A stretch of 64,000 bases of DNA from Eledone cirrhosa (lineage: Eukaryota), in assembly GCA_964016885.1 (NCBI GenBank), contig OZ024747.1, positions 29,698,001-29,762,000 on the forward strand. Reading direction: 5' to 3'. Made by a program: the position numbers and the translations under genes. Of the stretch, positions 21,201 to 34,797 are shown one piece after another. Positions within the stretch are counted from its first letter, which is position 1, and every line of letters starts with the position of its first letter. A model generated the notes under the pieces. That model was not told the origin of the DNA. It saw nothing but the letters and a program-made list of their open reading frames with translations, and searched no databases.

Positions 21201-23346
21201 TTTGGGTGCCCCGTTTTTTATGGGGGGGGGGATCCGTTTTTTATTTGGGTGTCCCGTTTTTTTACGGGGGGGTCCCGTTTTTTATTTGGGTGCCCCGTTT
21301 TTTATTTGGGTGCCCCGTTTTTTTATGGGGGGGGGTCCGTTTTTTATTTGGGTGCCCCGTTTTTTTATGGGGGGACCGTTTTTTATCTGGGTACCCCGTT
21401 GTTTATTTGGGTACCCCGTTTTTTATTTGGGTGCCGCGTTTTTTTATGGGGGGGGTCCGTTTTTTATTTGGGTGCCCCGTTTTTTTATGGGGGTACCCCG
21501 TTTTTTATTTGGGTGCCCCGTTTTTTTATGGGGGGGGGTCCGTTTTTTATTTGGGTGCCCCTTTTTTTTATGGGGGGGGGCCGTTTTTTATTTGGGTGCC
21601 CCGTTTTTTTATGGGGGTACCCCGTTTTTTATTTGGGTGCCCCGTTTTTTTATGGGGGGGGTCCGTTTTTTATTTGGGTACCCCGTTTTTTATTTGGGTG
21701 TCCCGTTTTTTTATGGGGGGGTCCGTTTTTTATTTGGGTACCCCGTTTTTTATTTGGGTGCCCCGTTTTTTTATGGGGGGGTCCGTTTTTTATTTGGGTG
21801 CCCCGTTTTTTTATGGGGGGGGTCCGTTTTTTATTTGGGTGCCCCGTTTTTTTATGGGGGGGGTCCCGTTTTTTATTTGGGTGCCCCGTTTTTTTATGGG
21901 GGGGGTCCGTTTTTTATTTGGGTACCCCGTTTTTTATTTGGGTGCCCCGTTTTTTTATGGGGGGGTCCGTTTTTTATTTGGGTACCCCGTTTTTTATTTG
22001 GGTGCCCCGTTTTTTTATGGGGGGGTCCGTTTTTTATTTGGGTGCCCCGTTTTTTTATGGGGGGGTCCGTTTTTTATTTGGGTGCCCCGTTTTTTTATGG
22101 GGGGGGTCCCGTTTTTTATTTGGGTGCCCCGTTTTTTTATGGGGGGGGGTCCGTTTTTTATTTGGGTACCCCGTTTTTTATTTGGGTGCCCCGTTTTTTT
22201 ATGGGGGGGGTCCGTTTTTTATTTGGGTGCCCCGTTTTTTTATGGGGGGGTCCGTTTTTTATTTGGGTGCCCCGTTTTTTTATGGGGGGGTCCCGTTTTT
22301 TATTTGGGTGCCCCGTTTTTTTATGGGGGGGGTCCGTTTTTTATTTGGGTACCCCGTTTTTTATTTGGGTGCCCCGTTTTTTTATGGGGGGGGTCCGTTT
22401 TTTATTTGGGTGCCCCGTTTTTTATTTGGGTGCCCCGTTTTTTTATGGGGGGGATCCGTTTTTTATTTGGGTGCCCCGTTTTATATTTGGGTGCCCCGTT
22501 TTTTATTTGGGTGCCCCGTTTTTTATTTGGGTGCCCCGTTTTTTTATGGGGGGGTCCGTTTTTTATCTGGGTACCCCGTTTTTTATTTGGGTACCCCGTT
22601 TTTTATTTGGGTGCCCCGTTTTTTTATGGGGGGGTCCGTTTTTTATTTGGGTGCCCCGTTTTTTTTATGGGGGGGGTCCGTTTTTTATTTGGGTGCCCCG
22701 TTTTTTATTTGGGTACCCCGTTTTTTATTTGGGTGCCCCGTTTTTTATTTGGGTGCCCCGTTTTTTTATGGGGGGGTCCGTTTTTTATTTGGGTGACCCG
22801 TTTTTTATTTGGGTACCCCGTTTTTTATTTGGGTGCCCCGTTTTTTTATGGGGGGGTCCGTTGTTTATTTGGGTGCCCCGTTTTTTTATGGGGGGGGCCG
22901 TTTTTTATTTGGGTACCCCGTTTTTTATTTGGGTGCCCCGTTTTTTTATGGGGGGGGTCCGTTTTTTATTTGGGTGCCCCGTTTTTTTATGGGGGGGGTC
23001 CGTTTTTTATTTGGGTGCCCCGTTTTTTTATGGGGGGGTCCCGTTTTTTATTTGGGTGCCCCGTTTTTTTATGGGGAGGGTCCGTTTTTTATTTGGGTGC
23101 CCCGTTTTTTTATTGGGGGGTCCCGTTTTTTATTTGGGTGCCCCGTTTTTTTATGGGGGGGGTCCGTTTTTTATTTGGGTACCCCGTTTTTTATTTGGGT
23201 GCCCCGTTTTTTTATGGGGGGGGTCCGTTTTTTATTTGGGTGCCCCGTTTTTTTATGGGGGGGTCCCGTTTTTTATTTGGGTGCCCCGTTTTTTTATGGG
23301 GAGGGTCCGTTTTTTATTTGGGTGCCCCGTTTTTTTACAAATTATT
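12245..23346. repeat. Satellite family B block 2 (~11.1 kb)
   Basis: Same units and the same two junction sequences as block 1. Contains an internal ~2.55-kb tandem duplication. Confidence 0.97.
13340..18410. repeat. ~2.55-kb tandem duplication inside B block 2 (boundaries approximate)
   Basis: Rare variants recur at an offset of ~2550: CCCCGACTTTT near 13895/16446, TAA stops at 14414/16965, GGGTTTCCCG near 15409/17955, GGATACG near 15795/18342. Confidence 0.85.
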
Positions 23347-23391
23347 GAGATAACATTTAAAAAAATCAGGCGGAGATAATTTGTAAAAAAA
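23330..23391. repeat. Same inverted repeat at B-to-A junction 2
   Basis: Identical junction CGTTTTTTTACAAATTATTGAGATAACATTT, offset 19861 from junction 1. Confidence 0.9.
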
Positions 23392-26300
23392 TCAGGGGGA
23401 GATAATTTGTAAAAAAATCAGGGGGAGATAATTTGTAAAAAAAATCAGGGGTAGATAATTTCCAGCCGTCCAAGGGGAGATAATTTCCATCCTTCCAAGG
23501 GGAGATAATTTCCAGCCGTCCGAGGGGAGATAATTTCCCGCCAGCCAAGGAGAGATAATATTTAAAAAAATCAGGCGGAGATAATTTGTAAAAAAAATCA
23601 GGGGGAGATAATTTGTAAAAAAATCAGGGGGAGATAATTTGTAAAAAAAAATCAGGGGAGATAATTTGTAAAAAAAATCAGGGGGAGATGATTTGTAAAA
23701 AAAATCAGGGGTAGATAATTTGTAAAAAAAAATCAGGGGGAGATAATTTGTAAAAAAAAAATCAGGGGGAGATAATTTGTAAAAAAATCAAGGGGAGATA
23801 ATTTCCAGCCGTCCAAGGGGAGATAATTTTCAGCCGTCCAAGGAGGTAATTTCTAGCCGTCCAAGGGGAGATAATTTCCAGCCGTCCAAGGGGATATAAT
23901 TTTTTTTTAAAAATCAGGCGGAGATAATTTGTAAACAAAAATCAGGGGGAGATAATTTGTAAAAAAAAATCAGGGGGAGATAATTTGTAAAAAAAAATCA
24001 GGGGGAGATAATTTGTAAAAAAAATCAAGGGGAGATAATTTCCAGCCGTCCAAGGGGAGGTAATATCTAGCCATCCAAGGGGAGATAATTTCCAGCCGTC
24101 CAAGGGGAGATAATTTCCAGCCGTCCAAGGGGAGATAATATCCAGCCGTCCAAGGAGACATATTTTCCAGCCGTCCAAGGAGAGGTAATTTCTAGCCGTC
24201 CAAGGGGAGATAAGTTCCAGCCTCCAAGGGGAGAAAATTTCCAGCCAGCCAAGGGGAGATAATTTGTAAAAAAAAAATCAGGGGGAGATAATTTGTAAAA
24301 AAATCAGGGGGAGATAATTTGTAAAAAAAAAATCAGGGGGAGATAATTTGTAAAAAAAATCAGGGGGAGATAATTTGTAGAAAAAATCAGGGGTAGATAA
24401 TTTGTAAAAAAAATCAGGGGGAGATAATTTGTAAAAAAAATCAGGGGGAGATAATTTGTAAAAAAAATCAGGGGTAGATAATTTTCAGCCGTCCAAGGGG
24501 AGATAATTTCCATCCTTCCAAGGGGAGATAATTTCCAGCCGTCCAAGGGGAGATAATTTCCCGCCAGCCAAGGAGAGATAACATTTTAAAAAATCAGGCG
24601 GAGATAATTTGTAAAAAAAATCAGGCGGAGATAATTTGTAAAAAAATCAGGGGGAGATAATTTGTAAAAAAAATCAGGGGTAGATAATTTCCAGCCGTCC
24701 AAGGGGAGATAATTTCCATCCTTCCAAGGGGAGATAATTTCCAGCCGTCCAAGGGGAGATAATTTCCCGCCAGCCAAGGAGAGATAATATTTAAAAAAAT
24801 CAGGCGGAGATAATTTGTAAAAAAAATCAGGGGGAGATAATTTGTAAAAAAATCAGGGGGAGATAATTTGTAAAAAAAAATCAGGGGGAGATAATTTGTA
24901 AAAAAAATCAGGGGGAGATAATTTGTAAAAAAAAATCAGGGGTAGATAATTTGTAAAAAAAAATCAGGGGGAGATAATTTGTAAAAAAAAAATCAGGGGG
25001 AGATAATTTGTAAAAAAATCAAGGGGAGATAATTTCCAGCCGTCCAAGGGGAGATAATTTTCAGCCGTCCAAGGAGAGGTAATTTCTAGCCGTCCAAGGG
25101 GAGATAATTTCCGGCCGTACAAGGGGAGATTATTTTTTTTTAAAAATCAGGCGGAGATAATTTGTAAACAAAAATCAGGGGGAGATAATTTGTAAAAAAA
25201 AATCAGGGGGAGATAATTTGTAAAAAAAAAATCAGGGGGTGATAATTTGTAAAAAAATCAAGGGGAGATAATTTCTAGCCGTCCAAGGGGAGATAATTTT
25301 CAGCCGTCCAAGGAGAGGTAATTTCTAGCCGTCCAAGGGGAGATAATTTCCAGCCAGCCAAGGGGAGATAATTTGTAAAAAAATCAGGGGTAGATAATTT
25401 GTAAAAAAAAATCAGGGGGAGATAATTTGTAAAAAAAATCAGGGGGAGATAATTTGTAAAAAAAATCAGGGGTAGATAATTTCCAGCCGTCCAAGGGGAG
25501 ATAATTTCCATCCTTCCAAGGGGAGATAATTTCCAGCCGTCCAAGGGGAGATAATTTCCCGCCAGCCAAGGAGAGATAACATTTAAAAAAATCAGGCGGA
25601 GATAATTTGTAAAAAAAATCAGGGGGAGATAATTTGTAAAAAAATCAGGGGGAGATAATTTGTAAAAAAAAAATCAGGGGGAGATAATTTGTAAAAAAAA
25701 TCAGGGGGAGATAATTTGTAAAAAAAATCAGGGGTAGATAATTTGTAAAAAAAATCAGGGGGAGATAATTTGTAAAAAAAATCAGGGGGAGATAATTTGT
25801 AAAAAAAATCAGGGGTAGATAATTTCCAGCCGTCCAAGGGGAGATAATTTCCATCCTTCCAAGGGGAGATAATTTCCAGCCGTCCAAGGGGAGATAATTT
25901 CCCGCCAGCCAAGGAGAGATAACATTTAAAAAAATCAGGCGGAGATAATTTGTAAAAAAAATCAGGGGGAGATAATTTGTAAAAAAATCAGGGGGAGATA
26001 ATTTGTAAAAAAAATCAGGGGTAGATAATTTCCAGCCGTCCAAGGGGAGATAATTTCCATCCTTCCAAGGGGAGATAATTTCCAGCCGTCCAAGGGGAGA
26101 TAATTTCCCGCCAGCCAAGGAGAGATAATATTTAAAAAAATCAGGCGGAGATAATTTGTAAAAAAAATCAGGGGGAGATAATTTGTAAAAAAATCAGGGA
26201 GAGATAATTTGTAAAAAAAAATCAGGGGAGATAATTTGTAAAAAAAATCAGGGGGAGATAATTTGTAAAAAAAATCAGGGGTAGATAATTTGTAAAAAAA

Positions 26301-28783
26301 AATCAGGGGGAGATAATTTGTAAAAAAAAAATCAGGGGGAGATAATTTGTAAAAAAATCAAGGGGAGATAATTTCCAGCCGTCCAAGGGGAGATAATTTT
26401 CAGCCGTCCAAGGAGGTAATTTCTAGCCGTCCAAGGGGAGATAATTTCCAGCCGTCCAAGGGGAGATAATTTTTTTAAAAAAATCAGGCGGAGATAATTT
26501 GTAAACAAAAATCAGGGGGAGATAATTTGTAAAAAAAAATCAGGGGGAGATAATTTGTAAAAAAAAATCAGGGGGAGATAATTTGTAAAAAAAATCAGGG
26601 GTAGATAATTTCCAGCCGTCCAAGGGGAGATAATTTCCATCCTTCCAAGGGGAGATAATTTCCAGCCGTCCAAGGGGAGATAATTTCCCGCCAGCCAAGG
26701 AGAGATAATATTTAAAAAAATCAGGCGGAGATAATTTGTAAAAAAAATCAGGGGGAGATAATTTGTAAAAAAATCAGGGGGAGATAATTTGTAAAAAAAA
26801 ATCAGGGGGAGATAATTTGTAAAAAAAAATCAGGGGGAGATAATTTGTAAAAAAAAATCAGGGGGAGATAATTTGTAAAAAAAATCAAGGGGAGATAATT
26901 TCCAGCCGTCCAAGGGGAGATAATTTTCAGCCGTCCAAGGAGAGGTAAATTCTAGCCGTCCAAGGGGAGATAATTTCCAGCCGTCCAAGGGGAGATAATT
27001 TTTAAAAAAAAATCAGGCGGAGATAATTTGTAAACAAAAATCAGGGGGAGATAATTTTTAGAAAAAAATCAGGGGGAGATAATTTGTAAAAAAAAATCAG
27101 GGGGAGATAATTTGTAAAAAAATCAAGGGGAGATAATTTCCAGCCGTCCAAGGGGAGGTAATATCTAGCCATCCAAGGGGAGATAATTTCCAGCCGTCCA
27201 AGGGGAGATAATTTCCAGCCGTCCAAGGGGAGATAATATCCAGCCGTCCAAGGAGACATATTTTCCAGCCGTCCAAGGAGAGGTAATTTCTAGCCGTCCA
27301 AGGGGAGATAAGTTCCAGCCTCCAAGGGGAGATAATTTCTAAAAAAATCAGGGGGGAGATAATTTGTAAAAAAAATCAGGGGGAGATAATTTGAAAAAAC
27401 ATCAGGGGGAGATAATTTGTAAAAAATATCAAGGGGAGATAATTTCCAGCCCTCCAAGGGGCTATAATTTCCAGCCGTGCAAGGGGAGATAATTTCCAGC
27501 CGTCCAAGGGGAGATAATTTCCATCCTTCCAAGGGGAGATAATTTCCAGCCGTCCAAGGGGAGATAATTTCCCGCCAGCCAAGGGAAGATAATTTTTTAA
27601 AAAATCAGGCGGAGATTGTAAAAAAAATCAGGGGGAGATAATTTGTAAAAAAATCAGGGGGAGATAATTTGTAAAAAAAAAATCAGGGGGAGATAATTTG
27701 TAAAAAAAAATCAGGGGGAGATAATTTGTAAAAAAAATCAGGGGGAGATAATTTGTAAAAAAAATCAGGGGTAGATAATTTGTAAAAAAAATCAGGGGGA
27801 GATAATTTGTAAAAAAAATCAGGGGGAGATAATTTGTAAAATAAATCAGGGGTAGATAATTTTCAGCCGTCCAAGGGGAGATAATTTCCATCCTTCCAAG
27901 GGGAGATAATTTCCAGCCGTCCAAGGGGAGATAATTTCCCGCCAGCCAAGGAGAGATAACATTTAAAAAAATCAGGCGGAGATAATTTGTAAAAAAATCA
28001 GGGGGAGATAATTTGTAAAAAAAATCAGGGGTAGATAATTTTCAGCCGTCCAAGGGGAGATAATTTCCATCCTTCCAAGGGGAGATAATTTCCAGCCGTC
28101 CAAGGGGAGATAATTTCCCGCCAGCCAAGGAGAGATAACATTTAAAAAAATCAGGGGGAGATAATTTGTAAAAAAAAATCAGGGGGAGATAATTCGTAAA
28201 AAAAAATCAGGGGGAGATAATTTGTAAAAAAAAATCAGGGGTAGATAATTTGTAAAAAAAAATCAGGGGGAGATAATTTGTAAAAAAAAAATCAGGGGGA
28301 GATAATTTGTAAAAAAATCAAGGGGAGATAATTTCCAGCCGTCCAAGGGGAGATAATTTTCAGCCGTCCAAGGAGAGGTAATTTCTAGCCGTCCAAGGGG
28401 AGATAATTTCCAGCCGTCCAAGGGGAGATAATTTTTTAAAAAAAATCAGGCGGAGATAATTTGTAAACAGAAATCAGGGGGAGATAATTTGTAAAAAAAA
28501 TCAGGGGGAGATAATTTGTAAAAAAAAATCAGGGGGAGATAATTTGTAAAAAAAATCAAGGGGAGATAATTTCTAAAAAAAAATCAGGGGTAGATAATTT
28601 GTAAAAAAAAATCAGGGGGAGATAATTTGTAAAAAAAAAATCAGGGGGAGATAATTTGTAAAAAAATCAAGGGGAGATAATTTCCAGCCGTCCAAGGGGA
28701 GATAATTTTCAGCCGTCCAAGGACAGGTAATTTCTAGCCGTCCAAGGGGAGATAATTTCCAGCCAGCCAAGGGGAGATAATTT

Positions 28784-28980
28784 GTAAAAAATCAGGGGTA
28801 GATAATTTGTAAAAAAAAATCAGGGGGAGATAATTTGTAAAAAAAATCAGGGGGAGATAATTTGTAAAAAAAATCAGGGGTAGATAATTTCCAGCCGTCC
28901 AAGGGGAGATAATTTCCATCCTTCCAAGGGGAGATAATTTCCAGCCGTCCAAGGGGAGATAATTTCAGGCCAGCCAAGGA
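28784..28980. other. Empty (B-free) allele of the insertion site: 197 bp of family A that the B block replaces elsewhere
   Basis: Left flank CCAGCCAGCCAAGGGGAGATAATTT and right flank GAGATAACATTT match the B junctions. Upstream and downstream marker variants are the same as around filled sites. Confidence 0.8.
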
Positions 28981-31900
28981 GAGATAACATTTAAAAAAAT
29001 CAGGCGGAGATAATTTGTAAAAAAAATCAGGGGGAGATAATTTGTAAAAAAATCAGGGGGAGATAATTTGTAAAAAAAATCAGGGGTAGATAATTTCCAG
29101 CCGTCCAAGGGGAGATAATTTCCATCCTTCCAAGGGGAGATAATTTCCAGCCGTCCAAGGGGAGATAATTTCCCGCCAGCCAAGGAGAGATAATATTTAA
29201 AAAAATCAGGCGGAGATAATTTGTAAAAAAAATCAGGGGGAGATAATTTGTAAAAAAATCAGGGGGAGATAATTTGTAAAAAAAAATCAGGGGAGATAAT
29301 TTGTAAAAAAAAATCAGGGGGAGATAATTTGTAAAAAAAAATCAGGGGTAGATAATTTGTAAAAAAAAATCAGGGGGAGATAATTTGTAAAAAAAAAATC
29401 AGGGGGAGATAATTTGTAAAAAAATCAAGGGGAGATAATTTCCAGCCGTCCAAGGGGAGATAATTTTCAGCCGTCCAAGGAGGTAATTTCTAGCCGTCCA
29501 AGGGGAGATAATTTCCAGCCGTCCAAGGGGATATAATTTTTTTTAAAAAATCAGGCGGAGATAATTTGTAAACAAAAATCAGGGGGAGATAATTTGTAAA
29601 AAAAAATCAGGGGGAGATAATTTGTAAAAAAAAATCAGGGGGAGATAATTTGTAAAAAAAATCAAGGGGAGATAATTTCCAGCCGTCCAAGGGGAGGTAA
29701 TATCTAGCCATCCAAGGGGAGATAATTTCCAGCCGTCCAAGGGGAGATAATTTCCAGCCGTCCAAGGGGAGATAATATCCAGCCGTCCAAGGAGACATAT
29801 TTTCCAGCCGTCCAAGGAGAGGTAATTTCTAGCCGTCCAAGGGGAGATAAGTTCCAGCCTCCAAGGGGAGAAAATTTCCAGCCAGCCAAGGGGAGATAAT
29901 TTGTAAAAAAATCAGGGGGAGATAATTTGTAAAAAAAAAATCAGGGGGAGATAATTTGTAAAAAAATCAGGGGGAGATAATTTGTAAAAAAAAAATCAGG
30001 GGGAGATAATTTGTAAAAAAAATCAGGGGGAGATAATTTGTAGAAAAAATCAGGGGTAGATAATTTGTAAAAAAAATCAGGAGGAGATAATTTGTAAAAA
30101 AAATCAGGGGGAGATAATTTGTAAAAAAAATCAGGGGGAGATAATTTGTAAAAAAATCAGGGGGAGATAATTTGTAAAAAAAATCAGGGGTAGATAATTT
30201 CCAGCCGTCCAAGGGGAGATAATTTCCATCCTTCCAAGGGGAGATAATTTCCAGCCGTCCAAGGGGAGATAATTTCCCGCCAGCCAAGGAGAGATAATAT
30301 TTAAAAAATCAGGCGGAGATAATTTGTAAAAAAAATCAGGGGGAGATAATTTGTAAAAAAATCAGGGGGAGATAATTTGTAAAAAAAAATCAGGGGGAGA
30401 TAATTTGTAAAAAAAATCAGGGGGAGATAATTTGTAAAAAAAATCAGGGGTAGATAATTTGTAAAAAAAAATCAGGGGGAGATAATTTGTAAAAAAAAAA
30501 TCAGGGGGAGATAATTTGTAAAAAAATCAAGGGGAGATAATTTCCAGCCGTCCAAGGGGAGATAATTTTCAGCCGTCCAAGGAGAGGTAATTTCTAGCCG
30601 TCCAAGGGGAGATAATTTCCAGCCGTCCAAGGGGAGATAATTTTTTTAAAAAAATCAGGCGGAGATAATTTGTAAGCAAAAATCAGGGGGAGATAATTTG
30701 TAAAAAAAAATCAGGGGGAGATAATTTGTAAAAAAAAAATCAGGGGGTGATAATTTGTAAAAAAATCAAGGGGAGATAATTTCCAGCCGTCCAAGGGGAG
30801 ATAATTTCCAGCCGTCCAAGGGGAGATAATATCCGGCCGTCCAAGGAGACATATTTTCCAGCCGTCCAAGGAGAGGTAATTTCTAGCCGTCCAAGGGGAG
30901 ATAAGTTCCAGCCTCCAAGGGGAGATAATTTCCAGCCAGCCAAGGGGAGATTTGTAAAAAAATCAGGGGGAGATAATTTGTAAAAAAAAAATCAGGGGGA
31001 GATAATTTGTAAAAAAAAAATCAGGGGGTGATAATTTGTAAAAAAATCAAGGGGAGATAATTTCCAGCCGTCCAAGGGGAGATAATTTTCAGCCGTCCAA
31101 GGAGAGGTAATTTCTAGCCGTCCAAGGGGAGATAATTTCCAGCCAGCCAAGGGGAGATAATTTGTAAAAAAATCAGGGGTAGATAATTTGTAAAAAAAAA
31201 TCAGGGGGAGATAATTTGTAAGAAAAATCAGGGGGAGATAATTTGTAAAAAAAATCAGGGGTAGATAATTTCCAGCCGTCCAAGGGGAGATAATTTCCAT
31301 CCTTCCAAGGGGAGATAATTTCCAGCCGTCCAAGGGGAGATAATTTCCCGCCAGCCAAGGAGAGATAACATTTAAAAAAATCAGGCGGAGATAATTTGTA
31401 AAAAAAATCAGGGGGAGATAATTTGTAAAAAAATCAGGGGGAGATAATTTGTAAAAAAAAAATCAGGGGGAGATAATTTGTAAAAAAAATCAGGGGGAGA
31501 TAATTTGTAAAAAAAATCAGGGGTAGATAATTTGTAAAAAAAATCAGGGGGAGATAATTTGTAAAAAAAATCAGGGGGAGATAATTTGTAAAAAAAATCA
31601 GGGGTAGATAATTTCCAGCCGTCCAAGGGGAGATAATTTCCATCCTTCCAAGGGGAGATAATTTCCAGCCGTCCAAGGGGAGATAATTTCCCGCCAGCCA
31701 AGGAGAGATAACATTTAAAAAAATCAGGCGGAGATAATTTGTAAAAAAAATCAGGGGGAGATAATTTGTAAAAAAATCAGGGGGAGATAATTTGTAAAAA
31801 AAATCAGGGGTAGATAATTTCCAGCCGTCCAAGGGGAGATAATTTCCATCCTTCCAAGGGGAGATAATTTCCAGCCGTCCAAGGGGAGATAATTTCCCGC

Positions 31901-34599
31901 CAGCCAAGGAGAGATAATATTTAAAAAAATCAGGCGGAGATAATTTGTAAAAAAAATCAGGGGGAGATAATTTGTAAAAAAATCAGGGGGAGATAATTTG
32001 TAAAAAAAAATCAGGGGAGATAATTTGTAAAAAAAATCAGGGGGAGATAATTTGTAAAAAAAATCAGGGGTAGATAATTTGTAAAAAAAAATCGGGGAGA
32101 TAATTTGTAAAAAAAAAATCAGGGGGAGATAATTTGTAAAAAAATCAAGGGGAGATAATTTCCAGCCGTCCAAGGGGAGATAATTTTCAGCCGTCCAAGG
32201 AGGTAATTTCTAGCCGTCCAAGGGGAGATAATTTCCAGCCGTCCAAGGGGAGATAATTTTTTTTAAAAAATCAGGCGGAGATAATTTGTAAACAAAAATC
32301 AGGGGGAGATAATGTGTAAAAAAAAATCAGGGGGAGATAATTTGTAAAAAAAAATCATGGGGAGATAATTTGTAAAAAAATTCAGGGGTAGATAATTTCC
32401 AGCCGTCCAAGGGGAGATAATTTCCATCCTTCCAAGGGGAGATAATTTCCAGCCGTCCAAGGGGAGATAATTTCCCGCCAGCCAAGGAGAGATAATATTT
32501 AAAAAAATCAGGCGGGGATAATTTGTAAAAAAAATCAGGGGGAGATAATTTGTAAAAAAATCAGGGGGAGATAATTTGTAAAAAAAAATCAGGGGGAGAT
32601 AATTTGTAAAAAAAAATCAGGGGGAGATAATTTGTAAAAAAAAATCAGGGGGAGATAATTTGTAAAAAAAATCAAGGGGAGATAATTTCCAGCCGTCCAA
32701 GGGGAGATAATTTTCAGCCGTCCAAGGAGAGGTAAATTCTAGCCGTCCAAGGGGAGATAATTTCCAGCCGTCCAAGGGGAGATAATTTTTAAAAAAAAAT
32801 CAGGCGGAGATAATTTGTAAACAAAAATCAGGGGGAGATAATTTTTAAAAAAAAATCAGGGGGAGATAATTTGTAAAAAAAAATCAGGGGGAGATAATTT
32901 GTAAAAAAAATCAAGGGGAGATAATTTCCAGCCGTCCAAGGGGAGGTAATATCTAGCCATCCAAGGGGAGATAATTTCCAGCCGTCCAAGGGGAGATAAT
33001 TTCCAGCCGTCCAAGGGGAGATAATATCCAGCCGTCCAAGGAGACATATTTTCCAGCCGTCCAAGGAGAGGTAATTTCTAGCCGTCCAAGGGGAGATAAG
33101 TTCCAGCCTCCAAGGGGAGATAATTTCCAGCCAGCCAAGGGGAGATAATTTCTAAAAAAATCAGGGGGGAGATAATTTGTAAAAAAAATCAGGGGGAGAT
33201 AATTTGAAAAAAACATCAGGGGGAGATAATTTGTAAAAAATATCAAGGGGAGATAATTTCCAGCCCTCCAAGGGGCTATAATTTCCAGCCGTGCAAGGGG
33301 AGATAATTTCCAGCCGTCCAAGGGGAGATAATTTCCATCCTTCCAAGGGGAGATAATTTCCAGCCGTCCAAGGGGAGATAATTTCCCGCCAGCCAAGGGA
33401 AGATAATTTTTTAAAAAATCAGGCGGAGATTGTAAAAAAAATCAGGGGGAGATAATTTGTAAAAAAATCAGGGGGAGATAATTTGTAAAAAAAAAATCAG
33501 GGGGAGATAATTTGTAAAAAAAAATCAGGGGGAGATAATTTGTAAAAAAAATCAGGGGGAGATAATTTGTAAAAAAAATCAGGGGTAGATAATTTGTAAA
33601 AAAAATCAGGGGGAGATAATTTGTAAAAAAAATCAGGGGGAGATAATTTGTAAAAAAAATCAGGGGTAGATAATTTTCAGCCGTCCAAGGGGAGATAATT
33701 TCCATCCTTCCAAGGGGAGATAATTTCCAGCCGTCCAAGGGGAGATAATTTCCCGCCAGCCAAGGAGAGATAACATTTAAAAAAATCAGGCGGAGATAAT
33801 TTGTTAAAAAATCAGGGGGAGATAATTTGTAAAAAAAATCAGGGGTAGATAATTTTCAGCCGTCCAAGGGGAGATAATTTCCATCCTTCCAAGGGGAGAT
33901 AATTTCCAGCCGTCCAAGGGGAGATAATTTCCCGCCAGCCAAGGAGAGATAACATTTAAAAAAATCAGGGGGAGATAATTTGTAAAAAAAAATCAGGGGG
34001 AGATAATTCGTAAAAAAAAATCAGGGGGAGATAATTTGTAAAAAAAAAATCAGGGGTAGATAATTTGTAAAAAAAAATCAGGGGGAGATAATTTGTAAAA
34101 AAAAAATCAGGGGGAGATAATTTGTAAAAAAATCAAGGGGAGATAATTTCCAGCCGTCCAAGGGGAGATAATTTTCAGCCGTCCAAGGAGAGGTAATTTC
34201 TAGCCGTCCAAGGGGAGATAATTTCCAGCCGTCCAAGGGGAGATAATTTTTAAAAAAAAATCAGGCGGAGATAATTTGTAAACAAAAATCAGGGGGAGAT
34301 AATTTGTAAAAAAAAATCAGGGGGAGATAATTTGTAAAAAAAAATCAGGGGGAGATAATTTGTAAAAAAAATCAAGGGGAGATAATTTGTAAAAAAAAAT
34401 CAGGGGTAGATAATTTGTAAAAAAAAATCAGGGGGAGATAATTTGTAAAAAAAAAATCAGGGGGAGATAATTTGTAAAAAAATCAAGGGGAGATAATTTC
34501 CAGCCGTCCAAGGGGAGATAATTTTCAGCCGTCCAAGGACAGGTAATTTCTAGCCGTCCAAGGGGAGATAATTTCCAGCCAGCCAAGGGGAGATAATTT

Positions 34600-34797
34600 G
34601 TAAAAAAATCAGGGGTAGATAATTTGTAAAAAAAAATCAGGGGGAGATAATTTGTAAAAAAAATCAGGGGGAGATAATTTGTAAAAAAAATCAGGGGTAG
34701 ATAATTTCCAGCCGTCCAAGGGGAGATAATTTCCATCCTTCCAAGGGGAGATAATTTCCAGCCGTCCAAGGGGAGATAATTTCCCGCCAGCCAACGA
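34600..34797. other. Second empty allele of the insertion site (198 bp)
   Basis: Same flanks and markers (downstream GGGGATATAA near 35345 and GGAGAAAATTT near 35685), ~5.8 kb after the first empty site. Confidence 0.8.

Noticed and set aside
12249-23379. Very long + strand ORFs (up to 3687 aa; also 712-3518 and 49594-58890) rich in F/G/P/W/V
   Set aside because: All three frames are open and give the same peptides because the B units lack TAA/TAG/TGA on + and 20 is not a multiple of 3. G-run length varies freely without preserving frame, so there is no sign of coding constraint.
25350-25575. Additional candidate empty sites with the same local flanks (also ~31140, ~42440, ~60840)
   Set aside because: They are preceded by the GGGGGTGATAA variant and followed by a different cassette order, without the upstream rare cassette. 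They are paralogous HOR positions rather than the orthologous site.
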